NCBI GenBank assembly: GCA_963924565.1
Contig: OZ004611.1
Location: forward strand, 22,010,001-22,074,000
Reading direction: 5' to 3'
Length of the DNA stretch: 64,000 nt
Origin: Ascidiella aspersa
Taxonomy: Eukaryota
Each line of letters starts with the position of its first letter. Position 1 is the stretch's first letter. The notes below the pieces were generated by a model. It had not been told where the DNA came from and searched no databases. It saw nothing but the letters and a program-made list of their open reading frames with translations. Position numbers and translations under genes: made by a program. This document shows, piece after piece, positions 11,901 to 24,350 of the stretch.

Positions 11901-12833
11901 TCATAGGGACGTATCCGCTTTTGAGCTGCTGGGGAGGGACCCGCTGCGAGCACGACTGCTGGCAGTCGGCCACAAAATTCCTCGCCAGGCCCCAAAGGTG
12001 AATATAACGCAGACGAAGTTCACCATCATGTTTGCGTCGAACACGCTCAGGTTGACAGCTTTAACTGCCTCCTTAGGGATAACCAGCACATCCACAAAGG
12101 TGGTGACCAAATTGGCAACGACTGACACCGTCGCGATAGCTGTCGAACGCTTGGCGAGCCACACGATCTTTTTAGCGTTCCTGGTGCGCAGATGAAAGCG
12201 CAAAGGAAGCAGGAACTGGACGATCATCATCGATTGTGCCAGCAGCACGGTGCCGAAAGCGACGTAAGGCGGCCAGACCACCGACTGTGCTACGCCGCTT
12301 TCGACGCAACCGCGCTGCGAACTTTTAAATCTTCCCAACTTTGTGTACACTACGCTTGACACAAGAAAGCCGGCGGCGGCTAGTAGCAGCATCAACCATT
12401 TGACGCATTTCGCCCAGCTGCTGATCGTGTGTATGTGCGACATCTTTTCGTACAAATAGTGAAGGCGAAACCACAGGATCATGTAGTAGCCCATATAGAA
12501 ACAGCAGTAGATCACGACGGAACAGTCAATTGCTATATTGCAGTTGGCCGAAGGTGTACTAGTGTAGCCTATGTTGAATGCAACCTGGCAGCAGATTAGT
12601 CTGATCAGTGCCAATCCAATAACGACAATAGTGCTGATGTAAACCGACAAGGGATTGCTGTTCTCTCCAGAAGGCTGGTTTAAAGACTTAAGTTTGCCGA
12701 TAAAGTGTTTGATGAAGTTTATTCCGATCCACAGCACAAAGAGCACGGCACTGATGTTAAAAACTTCTGCTGCTATCCATGCCGGTTGATTTAAGCGTGA
12801 GAAATTTCTTGAAACGTTGTTCAATGCAGCCAT
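11901..12833 (-). CDS. Intronless 7TM receptor-like protein, paralogue 4a (310 aa, intact)
   Basis: ATG at 12833 (MAALNNVSRNFSRLNQPAW...), seven hydrophobic segments and all family motifs. The upstream TTG extension is broken by a 2-nt deletion in the duplicate, favouring this ATG. Confidence 0.9.
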   Translation of the reverse strand: MAALNNVSRNFSRLNQPAWIAAEVFNISAVLFVLWIGINFIKHFIGKLKSLNQPSGENSNPLSVYISTIVVIGLALIRLICCQVAFNIGYTSTPSANCNIAIDCSVVIYCCFYMGYYMILWFRLHYLYEKMSHIHTISSWAKCVKWLMLLLAAAGFLVSSVVYTKLGRFKSSQRGCVESGVAQSVVWPPYVAFGTVLLAQSMMIVQFLLPLRFHLRTRNAKKIVWLAKRSTAIATVSVVANLVTTFVDVLVIPKEAVKAVNLSVFDANMMVNFVCVIFTFGAWRGILWPTASSRARSGSLPSSSKADTSL

Positions 12834-13177
12834 ATACCCGTTTAGTTGAGCCAAATTAAGATAACGCCTAGGCAAAAAAGCCTACCTTTTTCGAGAAACT
12901 GTAACACCGGTCAGTTTCTCTGCTCTTCAATTTGAATGCACTACGCAAATTTGTGGTTTGGGAAAACTTTGACACAAGAGGCTCTCTATCGCTCTCTTCC
13001 TCCGCTTTTTTCTTTTTCCCCTTTACTCTCTCTCTCCCCCTCTCTTTCTCTCTCTTTTACTCACTCCTTTACTGCGTTTTATCCAAAAATGTCAATAAAG
13101 CTTTCAGTCGAGATTGCTTATATCTATGAAAGTAATTGGAAACAATTAGGATTTTAATGACAAAGGTTCGTCGTAAT

Positions 13178-13590
13178 TAGGGATGTCTGATTCTTGACAT
13201 TTTTCCAATACCGATACCAGATATTTTGACATAAAGTATCGCGGCCTGGTCCGATACCAAATGACGGTATTACTATGCCTAAACAAGCAAAATAGATAAA
13301 GGTGAAACCAACGAATTGTATCAGATAACTGTAGGCAAAAGTATGCATAACTTGTTTAGGCGCTACCATTTTGGTAAGAAGGTTTAATAGTTACTACCAT
13401 TGGTCACCTACTATGTTTTGAAAAATTTACCGTTTTAGGTACAATCTCTGTTTTGACAAAAAATCATGACTGATTTTTATATATAAATTATGTATAAGAT
13501 CGTCACCGATACCAACCTGTTATCGGACGAGTATCGATACTAACACTGGGCATCGGGTATCGAAACTGAACCGATATTATCGGACATTCG
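13178..13590. mobile_element. CGATA/ATCG-rich MITE-like element (duplicate at ~22687-23100; relative at ~33040-33400)
   Basis: Starts tagggatgtctgat, ends atcggacatt; ccgatac/gtatcgg subterminal repeats. The 33040 copy reads tagggatgtc...gacatcacta. Confidence 0.55.
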
Positions 13591-14842
13591 AAACCCAAAC
13601 GTTTGTCTCTTATAAACCGTAATTGGAAAGCTTTCAGAAATTTCTACGGAAAATAAGTACTCAATTTTCGATGCACAAATGTCAAATGCACCAACGTTTT
13701 AACGCTACCTGCTACATGCAACATGTTTGTTTTACTTTGCTGGTGGCGGAGCGGTCATTTCCTCGGTTATACAATAATACAAAGGGACGTGTACCGCTGC
13801 TGTTGACTCCCACACTACTGTAATGCAGCGTTTATTCATGTTTTAAACACGCAATGTTAGAATGATATACACAGTTCTATGAACAAGTATGACAAATAAA
13901 AAAAACAGTATGACGCGCTTCCACCCAAACCGTCAAAAGTCTTCAACTGTTCAATGTCGGTTAATAGCAGGCTCTTAAACGCTTATGAGTTTTATGCTGC
14001 TATTATATTGCGCCTATAGCTGGAAAAAGTTCTAGGAACAACTTTGACGAAGTTTAAGCATTTACCCAAAACGCAATGTCGGTTAATGAACGGCTTTTCA
14101 AATGCTTATAAGTTTTTTGCTGCTATTATATTGCACCTATAGATAAAATAGTAATGCTGGCCGATATTACATTGCACAAGAAGAAACTTTATTTTAAGTT
14201 ATTTACAATCCAATTCACATTTTTCGTTTACCGTAAAAAATGATTTATACTGTGCGTGCGCCCCTAAGTTTCGATGAAAATACACGTACGAGTCGTTTAG
14301 AGAGATATTTAAAACCCAGCCCGCAATTCTACCAAGTATACGCTATAAAAGTCAAACCTTGGCACCAAAGCGCGTTTAAAAAACACACGGCCGCAGCAGA
14401 GCTACAATTTTGATTAAAAGCTAAATGGTAAAGTCTTGAACACAATTAACATATACTAGTTCAAACGCAATACACATAACGAATGTGAGCTTTGTGTTAA
14501 CCGCAAATTTTTATATGTTTTTCCTTTGAATTCGGCCTTTTTATGATACGTTTTACGACTATTTTCAAGAAATCTGGCCGTTACCCCTTATAAGGGTTAA
14601 ATAATATGACTTACGAATCTTTAAACTTTCCTGTCTTAGTCAAAGTATGTCATGAATACGTTCTAGTCTTTCAAAAACTTTTTAAAGACTGGAACTTATT
14701 CATGACTGACTTTGACTAAGGCAGGAAAGTCTAATGAATACATGCTCCCATTTAAAGCCATTGTCGTCATTTAAGTGTAAGGGGAGATATCTTCATATTT
14801 TACACATTCAATTTGTCATACCATGATTTACAATTACTTTGT

Positions 14843-15769
14843 TTAAGTTGCCGTATCTGCAGGCTCGTGGTCGCCTAACGCGCAGAAGTTCGGTTTTAGG
14901 ATTTCGCTCCAACGCTGAAACGTAAACACAAGGCAGAGCAAGTTGACAAGCATAGTGGCGTCGAACACCGTCAGGTTGACATGCTTAACCGTGTGCTGAG
15001 GAATCAAGACAACATCGGTAACGACCGCGATAAGATTGCATACGACGGACAGAGCTGTGATGACAGTGGAGCGCATTGCGATTCGCAGTATCTTCCGCGC
15101 GTTGTTTCCTCGCATCTGAAAGCGTAATGGATACAGGAACTGGAAGATCATCATGGATTGTGCGAGCGTTAACACGCCAAAAACAACGTAGAGTGGCCAA
15201 AACGTAGTGAAAACAATCGCTCTATCGACGCAGCCCTTCGACGAACTGACAAAGTTTTCCCCGTACGTGTATCCAACGCACGCCATTACAAAGCCTACGT
15301 TGGCCAGTAGCAGCATGAGCCATTTCACGTGCTTAACCCAGGGCTCTAGCGTGCGAAGGAGCGCGATCTTCTCGTACAAGAAGTGGAGACGCAACCACAG
15401 CACCAAGTAGTAACCCATAAAAAAGCTGCAGTAGGCAACAACGCACCAGTCAAATGCTATATCGCAGCTTCGTGTAGACTGGACGCTGTAGCCAACGTTG
15501 AACGCGATCTGTGAACAGACGAGTCGAATCAGTGCCAATGCTATCACGACGAGAGTGCTGAGATAAACTGGTCGAGGAGTGCAGGTCAGGTTAGACTGCC
15601 GGCGACCTGTGTCGTCGTTCCACTTTGCGATGCGCAGCCCGAAAACGGTAAAACTGACCCCGAACCAAACGACGATTAGCATCGCTATTATGTTGAAAAC
15701 CTCCGCCGCTATCCATTCAGGTTGATCGAAACGCGAAAAGTTTCCCGGAGAAGTACTAAACGCACTCAT
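14843..15769 (-). CDS. Intronless 7TM receptor-like protein, paralogue 5a (308 aa, intact)
   Basis: Single ORF: GNFSRFDQPEW, SCDIA, YYLVLWLRLHFLY, GCVD, QFLYPLRFQMRGNNARKILRIAMRS, FDATMLVNLLCLVFTFQRW. Confidence 0.92.
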   Translation of the reverse strand: MSAFSTSPGNFSRFDQPEWIAAEVFNIIAMLIVVWFGVSFTVFGLRIAKWNDDTGRRQSNLTCTPRPVYLSTLVVIALALIRLVCSQIAFNVGYSVQSTRSCDIAFDWCVVAYCSFFMGYYLVLWLRLHFLYEKIALLRTLEPWVKHVKWLMLLLANVGFVMACVGYTYGENFVSSSKGCVDRAIVFTTFWPLYVVFGVLTLAQSMMIFQFLYPLRFQMRGNNARKILRIAMRSTVITALSVVCNLIAVVTDVVLIPQHTVKHVNLTVFDATMLVNLLCLVFTFQRWSEILKPNFCALGDHEPADTAT

Positions 15770-18209
15770 GATTGTTAGGCCTTATAATAACAAATCAGGT
15801 TCTTCTAATTTGATCTAAAAATAAAACTTTAAAGTTTTTATCCCTGTCTTCTTTCTTGACACCGTTTGGGTTTTTTTTAAGCATTGGTCTACCATTATAC
15901 ATCCTTAAAAAAACTTAGAATTGTCCAGATTTTACTACGTCTTATAGACGCTAAGGGTAAGCGGAAAAATAATCGTTTAGCAAGTTTACATTTTAGCTGC
16001 ATACCTACCCCAATGAGCTATATATATAAAGTAACATACTTTGATGAACAGAAAAACAATAATTAATCATGTTGTATTTGAAACCTATATAAAAAATACT
16101 AAGCTATAGCCTTTAAACCCATTTCAAGAGCTTAAAAAGAATTTGCCACAGTCAACCACTGTGTCTCACTGTATTGTTTTCTAGGAAATATTAGATCAAC
16201 AATTTTCGGTTGAACTTTTGTCTTCTCCAAACCATTGAGCAACGTAGTTTTGTTTCCAACGAACGTTCTAGGGTCACTGTCGGTACAATAGGAAGTATCC
16301 ATTCTTGCTCCAAACTCAATCCTATTGCGTTGTGCGCTTTAAAATCTCTTGGCGAAAGTTCTATATTGTCATACGTCACACCAGGCAGTTTCCTTTTGGC
16401 GTCGATATTATAGCAAATGGTTGGAGAAACCTCCGACCATTAGTTATTTATTATGAAATAAAAATTTACGGCAATGAATAAATGTTTTAACAAATTTTTT
16501 TTCATGCGACACCTAATTTTAGAAAATATATTTCTGATAGCTTTATTAACAGCATTTTGTTAATTCTATGCGCTCGAACCATTTTTTACAACCGAGCACA
16601 GTAATTGTCTCAAACTATGGATTTTATCAATTAAGGATAAAAAGCCTTGCTAAGCAGGCATGGAAAAAAACTCTTCATTATCAACGTACTTTATTATATA
16701 CCACTTGTTTCTTTTTCGCGATTAAAATGTCCTTCGTGACTTTTGAAGGTTCGCGATACCTGCCCTATATGTTCATAGGAATATGTACAGAATAGGTTAA
16801 AGCTACTTTCAAAATGCTCAACCTAATAGTCAACTAATATCATTTTCTATTGACTAGCAATGAAGTGAATAACCTTTGTTCATAAAGGACTTAATACAGC
16901 ATAAACTTTATCACCACCTTAGCAAAAAAGTATACTTTCATTAGGAAATCCTTTGGACCCTTATAACAGTTATTTAAGCACCATTTTTTTAGGTTATTTG
17001 TTGACCCTTTGATAAGTTGATGGAAAATCCAGCATTAGACTCCTCGCTCACAAATCATTCCTCGCACATTAACACGGGTTCTTAGACTCTCTCAATCACT
17101 TTTTTGTAATTTTTAATTTGTACCTAAGTTTTTTTTTTTTTATTTAATTTGTGCCTCATGCTAACATTTATATGTTTTTGTTGCCAAGGATGCCGCCTTT
17201 AGGTGGAACCCTGTTCAGGTTGGTATGTTATGATCTTGTGATCGCCATATTATAATCATCTATTCATAATTTATATATATTTAAATCTTCGGTTAACAAC
17301 TTGATAAATGCCTCCTAATTTTCCATTTCGTTAAAACTTTTACTTTCGTTTCGTTAAATCCAAAGTACAAAACAATTTCGGGTACTACAAGCTCCTAAAT
17401 TTGTAGTTCAAACCAATGTTTAGACTGACAACGCCAGGAAATGTATAGCATTCATGTTAAAAAGTAAACAAACAAATATTTAGTGGCACCGTAAGTGCTG
17501 GCCATCAAATCCATAGCAAAAAAATTTGCGTTATTATAAAAATAAGCGTGTACGTCTGCTTCATTGTAAGATAACTAATTTAATATTTTTTTCAAAGTAC
17601 GTAATGCTGTTCAAAAAGTATGAACTATTAGGTCGCTCATTCCATTAAAATGAAAAAACAAAAGCTGTTAAATTATGTATAAGGGACTAAAATAAACTTT
17701 CGTTTAAAAACTTGTACGTACGTAAATAATACGTAAAGTAGCAGCAAGAAATACAAGTGTCAAAGAATGTTTTAATAAACCAAAATCAGTTATTGTAAGT
17801 AACCAAATAATTCAAAGTCAACAGGATTTTATTCGGCGAACGTTAAACTTGAAAGCTGCTACACCGCAGTTTTCACAAAAAGTGTCAAAATAAAGCTTTA
17901 TTTGGTGTTAGAAGTTACAAAAAAATGAAGGCAAAACATTACTGTTACAATTACCTTGTTATGAGTTCGATTTTGAAAAGTAATACGCGAGAGAAGCCGT
18001 AACTATGCTTTTATCGATACGGTTTTTCATTGCAAAGTCTAAAACGTTTAAACATATTTTACGATTTGTTAGAAATAGATTTGATAGGAATAGACGAACG
18101 TTTTACCAGTATGAGGCATCAATAGTATCATGTTTTGTTCCACAGGGGGAGGGGAGGGGAGGGGTGGCATTTGTCGCCCTCTGAAATTTTAAAATGCGAT
18201 TATTATTAT

Positions 18210-18755
18210 AATGACTTAAGTCAATGACCTGACTTGTAATGACTTAAGTCAATGACCTGACTTAAGTCACAGTTCTTAAATGACTTGACTTGACTTGAGT
18301 CTTTTGGGCAAAAATACTTGACTTGACTTGACTTAAGTCTTTTGGGCAAATGACTTGACTTGACTTAAGTCATTTGGACAAATGACCTGGGTTAAAATAA
18401 ATTGTTTTAATTAAGCAATTAATTATAAAATTACGTTATTTAGCCCAATCTTTGCACATAAAAGAATTTGCTTGTTATATGCTGCTTTTATGTTATTTTT
18501 TACTTGAGTTGCTCATAATAATCGGAGGAGTTTGCCGGTTTTCATAATTTAAAGTTTTACTTTTTTGACAAGGGCTGGACTTGAATTTGACTTGCTCTAA
18601 TTATGACTTGACTGAGACTTGACTTGGGCAATCGATGACTTGGACTGGGACTTGACTTGTTATTTATTCAAAAAGACTTGACTTGTACTTAAGTTATTTT
18701 ACCAATGACTTGAATGGAACTTAAGTCATTTCAAAATGACTTGTTTACAAACTGG
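18210..18755. mobile_element. GACTT-repeat MITE-like element (copy A)
   Basis: Dense gacttgacttgac / gacttaagtc arrays at both ends around an AT-rich core; the same family occurs at 27724-28265 and 49915-50446. Confidence 0.75.
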
Positions 18756-18978
18756 TTCCTACAGATATAAAAACGCACGTAGGCCTACATATTAGTATCA
18801 TAGGTACTGAAATAAAATTATGTGAAAATATTAAAATTCCCCACCCCTGGGAATTTTTCTGGGGGCGCCACTGAATATCCTAGTATACTAATCGAGTAAA
18901 CAGCGTGTATATTGTATAGTTATTCTGTCAGTAACGTCCCGAAAGATCTTATCGGGATCCTTGCATCTTGTGCTCGTC

Positions 18979-21308
18979 TCAAATCAAAGCCTCGTCCACC
19001 CTGCTTTCCATGGTGTGACTAGGAGCAACTTCCTTTAATTCCTCTTCAGACTTCCCAACGGTCTTTTTCGACTCCGGAGAGAGCGGCTCCATCTGGAGCG
19101 ATGCTGACTTCCGAAAGCAGCAGCGCCTCCTGATCCGCATTAACCGGATCAGGCAGAGGATAACAATCAGGAGAATGAGGGAGAAGATTCCGATGAGAAC
19201 GTAGCCGACCACCGACGCTCCCGCCACATCTTGGTCAGGAGGATTGGTCGTCACGTCTAAACGACATAAGCACAGTTTCAAATGTGAAAAGAAACGTCAT
19301 TAGATGATGAAATAATAGTATTATTATTATTTTTTTTCGGTAATATCGGGATCTAAGCCTGCTCAGACATTTCTAGTTGTTGATCTTTTTTCCATATCGT
19401 AAGCTTTGCGTAAGTATATAGTATTCTGCTCTTGTTGATTAAAGTTGTTTTGGATTGTTTTTACAACCTTTGTGAGTTTGCTTGAAAACGTCATTAGACT
19501 TAAATTTTACCCTTTGCAACAGTTTTAGAGCGTTTGTAATGTCTAACGGCATGAGCAAAGTTTTAAATGTGTTTTACAGGCGGGCTCCTCGACCCCCCAA
19601 AAAACACCTTTGGGTAACCGTAAAGGCAATGCATACATTAAATAGGTTTACAATGACTAAATAAAACTTAAAAACCAACTGAGCGAAACCGACGTTATTG
19701 GTCGTCACGTCTAAACGACATAGGCAAATTTTCAAATGTGGTTTTACCTTCGGACTTCGTGTCCATTCACTTGCAATTTATGAAAGTGGCGAACGGAGAA
19801 ACCCTAGCATTACCCTGAAACAGATTTGTAGAAAACTAAGCGTTTTCTTTTTACTCCTATTTAAAAAAAAACACTTTTGATTATATTTGAATTAATAAGC
19901 GCAAATCGAAAATGCTCTGAAAAATTCATAAAGACAATGCTGACATATAAACACGTTTACAACGACTGATGTAAACATAAATATAACAACTGAGCGAAAC
20001 CGACATTATTGACACGATTTAACAACTATTTGAAAAATTATTTGTTACCGTTATCCTTCATACTGAGGATTCAATTATTAGAAAAATGCATTTCACTCTT
20101 AAAACGAAAAAAAGAGTGACTTTGACATTCTGCCTTTTGCGATTGCTGAAACTAGTCACTTCGATATTATACCTAAACAGTCTGAGGTATGATAATTTTA
20201 AGTTATTCTCCATTTTAGGCAATTCTGTTCTGCACTAACGAGTAACGATTGTTACCAAGTGCATGTTTCACTGGATTTATATTAAAGTTACGAACCTTGG
20301 CTAAAGTCAGAATGAAAGTTCAAATTTCCATTATGGATTCATTTGTTTGTAACCACTAACTCAATTAGCTTGTAAAATCAAGTAGCTAACTGGACATATT
20401 GCGACACTGATTTTACGAATGTTTACGAACGTTTACAAACGTTTACGTCTGTCTGTCGACGGAAGTTTATTACAACATGTAAATTATATAGTCATTAGCA
20501 GAGCCAAGCTACATTTACTCTAAACTAGATAAAATTACCATCGACGGTGTCTGGATTGCAAGAACGACAATCCTTCCCAAGAGTTTGTTCGGGGGGACAG
20601 GTACAAATCACTTTGCCACTTGAATCGTCGCAACCACCAGAGCAATACGAATTAAAGCTGGAATAATTCTGTCGAAATAAAGGACGAATTTCTGTGCGCA
20701 CGCATATATTGTACCAATATGTTGTGGATAACGTGCAATGTGACAGTCAATTTCTTCTAACCCATTTCCCAAACGTATCTAGTAAAATCAGAAATAAATT
20801 CATTGTGTATACATGCCTACTATAATTTAACCTAATAACTTAACGTTTATACAGGGCAATGAAAAAAACATAATATCCCTATAATTGTGTGCAGTTGGGA
20901 CGACTAAGCAATAACAGTCGATATTAAAATAATTTTTGTACAAGAGAGTTCAGACCGGAAAAACTATTTCTTGACGTATATTTATTGAAATGTATACGTT
21001 AACAATCGTCCAAAAAAATATATAACCAATTACAACAGCACCTTTGCTGTTGAATCCTGTTCGTAAGTGTACCTTGATTAAACATGACAAGAAACGTCAT
21101 TAGACTTGATCACACAAAATTTTACCCTTTGCAGTATCGGTGGGTTTGTAACTAAGGTGTAACTTGCCTTTAATGGACATTTGGTGATGGGCAGAATCGT
21201 CAGCGGTTCGAGACTGATAACCTTGCATCCTCTTTCGGTGAAGTTTTGTCCGAGTTCGGAAAACGGCGACTCCTGTCCTTTGGTGGGTCCAATTTTCGAT
21301 TTTTGTGA
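18979..21308 (-). pseudogene. Orphan duplicate of the last three exons (ZP tail, EGF, TM/cytoplasmic) of the CUB-ZP gene
   Basis: Exons 21308-21168, 20668-20539 and 19256-18979 match 30825-30685, 30180-30051 and 28766-28489. The first has lost its acceptor (AG to TG at 21309-21310) and a Cys (SPCYE to SPFSE). Confidence 0.85.
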
Positions 21309-21379
21309 CAAAAAACAAACAAATACAAAACTCAGAGTGGGTTAGAAAATATGTAGATATACGCTTAGTTTTAGTCCCT

Positions 21380-22342
21380 TCATGAACATGACATAAAACG
21401 ACGGAAAATATTCTTTGACGTATCCGCCTTTGAGCTGCTGGGGAGGGACCCGCTGCGAGCACGACTGCTGGCAGTCGGCCACAAAATTCCTCGCCAGGCC
21501 CCAAAGGTGAATATAACGCAGACGAAATTCACCATCATGTTTGCGTCGAACACGCTCAGGTTGACAGCTTTAACTGCCTCCTTGGGGATAACCAGCACAT
21601 CCACAAAGGTGGTGACCAAATTGGCAACGACTGACACCGTCGCGATAGCTGTCGAACGCTTGGCGAGCCACACGATCTTTTTAGCGTTCCTGGTGCGCAG
21701 ATGAAAGCGCAAAGGAAGCAGGAACTGGACGATCATCATCGATTGTGCCAGCAGCACGGTGCCGAAAGCGACGTAAGGCGGCCAGACCACCGACTGTGCT
21801 ACGCCGCTTTCGACGCAACCGCGCTGCGAACTTTTAAATCTTCCCAACTTTGTGTACACTACGCTTGACACAAGAAAGCCGGCGGCGGCTAGTAGCAGCA
21901 TCAACCATTTGACGCATTTCGCCCAGCTGCTGATCGTGTGTATGTGCGACATCTTTTCGTACAAATAGTGAAGGCGAAACCACAGGATCATGTAGTAGCC
22001 CATATAGAAACAGCAGTAGATCACGACGGAACAGTCAATTGCTATATTGCAGTTGGCCGAAGGTGTACTAGTGTAGCCTATGTTGAATGCAACTTGGCAG
22101 CAGATTAGTCTGATCAGTGCCAATCCAACAACGACAATAGTGCTGATGTAAACCTACAAGGGATTGCTGTTCTTTCCAGAAGGCTGGTTTAAAGACTTAA
22201 GTTTGCCGATAAAGTGTTTGATGAAGTTTATTCCGATCCACAGCACAAAGAGCACGGCACTGATGTTAAAAACTTCTGCTGCTATCCATGCCGGTTGATT
22301 TAAGCGTGAGAAATTTCTTGAAACGTTGTTCAATGCAGCCAT
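21380..22342 (-). pseudogene. 7TM receptor-like paralogue 4b: nonsense mutation and 3' end replaced at the duplication junction
   Basis: Duplicate of 4a with TCG(Ser) to TAG at 22154-22156; the C-terminus ...ADTSL* becomes ...ADTSKNIFRRFMSCS* by read-through across the junction. Confidence 0.88.
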
Positions 22343-24350
22343 ACCCGTTTAGTTGAGCCAAATTAAGATAACGCCTAGGCAAAAAAGCCTACCTTTTTCG
22401 AGAAACTGTAACACCGGTCAGTTTCTCTGCTCTTCAATTTGAATGCACTACGCAAATTTGTGGTTTGGCAAAACTTTGACACAAGAGGCTCTCTATCGCT
22501 CTCTTCCTCTGCTTTTTTTCTTTTTCCCCTTTTACTCTCTCTCTCCCCCTCTCTTTCTCTCTCTTTTACTCCCTCCTTTACTGCGTTTTATCCAAAAATG
22601 TCAATAAAGCTTTCCGTCGAGATTGCTTATTTCTATGAAAGTAATTGAAAACAATTAGGATTTTAATGACAAAGGTTCGTCGTAATTAGGGATGTCTGAT
22701 TCTTGATATTTTTCCAATACCGATACCAGATATTTGGACATAAAGTATCGCGATCTGGTCCAATACCAAATGACGGTATTACTATGCCTAAACAAGCAAA
22801 ATAGATAAAGGTGAAACCAACGAATTGTATCAGATAACTGTAGGCAAAAGTATGCATAACTTGTTTAGGCGCTACCATTTTGGTAAGAAGGTTTAATAGT
22901 TACTACCATTGGTCACCTACTATGTTTTGAAAAATTTACCGTTTTAGGTACAATCTCTGTTTTGACAAAAAATCATGACTGATTTTTATATATAAATTAT
23001 GTATAAGATCGTCACCGATACCAACCTGTTATCGGACGAGTATCGATACTAACACTGGGCATCGGGTATCGAAACTGAACCGATATTATCGGACATTCGA
23101 AACCCAAACGTTTGTCTCTTATAAACCGTAATTGGAAAGCTTTCAGAAATTTCTACGGAAAATAAGTACTCAATTTTCGATGCACAAATGTCAAATGCAC
23201 CAACGTTTTAACGCTACCTGCTACATGCAACATGTTTGTTTTACTTTGCTGGTGGCGGAGCGGTCATTTCCTCGGTTATACAATAATACAAATGGACGTG
23301 TACCGCTGCTGTTGACTCCCACACTACTGTAATGCAGCGTTTATTCATGTTTTAAACACGCAATGTTAGAATGATATACACAGTTCTATGAACAAGTATG
23401 ACAAATAAAAAAACAGTATGACGCGCTTCCACCCAAACCGTCAAAAGTCTTCAACTTTTCAATGTCGGTTAATAGCAGGCTCTTAAACGCTTATGAGTTT
23501 TATGCTGCTATTATATTACGCCTATAGCTGGAAAAAGTTCTAGGAACAACTTTGACGAAGTTTAAGCATTTACCCAAAACGCAATGTCGGTTAATGAACG
23601 GCTTTTCAAATGCTTATAAGTTTTTTGCTGCTATTATATTGCACCTATAGATAAAATAGTAATGCTGGCCGATATTACATTGCACAAGAAGAAACTTTAT
23701 TTTAAGTTTTTTACAATCCAATTCACATTTTTCGTTTACCGTAAAAAATGATTTATACTGTGCGTGCGCCCCTAAGTTTCGATGAAAATACACGTACGAG
23801 TCGTTTAGAGAGATATTTAAAACCCAGCCCGCAATTCTACCAAGTATACGCTATAAAAGTCAAACCTTGGCACCAAAGCGCGTTTAAAAAACACACGGCC
23901 GCAGCAGAGCTACAATTTTGATTAAAAGCTAAATGGTAAAGTCTTGAACACAATTAACATATACTAGCTCAAACGCAATACACATAACGAATGTGAGCTT
24001 TGTGTTAACCGCAAATTTTTATATGTTTTTCCTTTGAATTCGGCCTTTTTATGATACGTTTTACGACTATTTTCAAGAAATCTGGCCGTTACCCCTTATA
24101 AGGGTTAAATAATATGATTTACGAATCTTTAAACTTTCCTGTCTTAGTCAAAGTATGTCATGAATACGTTCTAGTCTTTCAAAAACTTTTTGAAGACTGG
24201 AACTTATTCATGACTGGCTTTGACTAAGGCAGGAAAGTCTAATGAATACATGCTCCCATTTAAAGCCATTGTCGTCATTTAAGTGTAAGGGGAGATATCT
24301 TCATATTTTACACATTCAATTTGTCATACCATGATTTACAATTACTTTGT

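Larger units (their letters stand above)
11908..21416. repeat. Segmental tandem duplication, copy A (~9.5 kb)
   Basis: Near-identical to 21417-30933 throughout; begins gacgtatccg at 11908 and ends gaaaatattcttt at 21416. Confidence 0.95.

Noticed and set aside
12834-12875. TTG-initiated N-terminal extension of paralogue 4a
   Set aside because: Eukaryotic gene; the ATG at 12833 matches paralogue lengths and the extension is frameshifted in the duplicate.
18144-18167. G-quadruplex-capable tract gggggaggggaggggagggg (also ~27659-27681)
   Set aside because: Appears to be the end of a repeat remnant; no evidence of function.
18210-18755. Short repeated motifs superficially like a CRISPR or satellite array
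   Set aside because: No constant repeat with unique spacers and no cas genes; these are subterminal repeats of a dispersed MITE family in a eukaryote.
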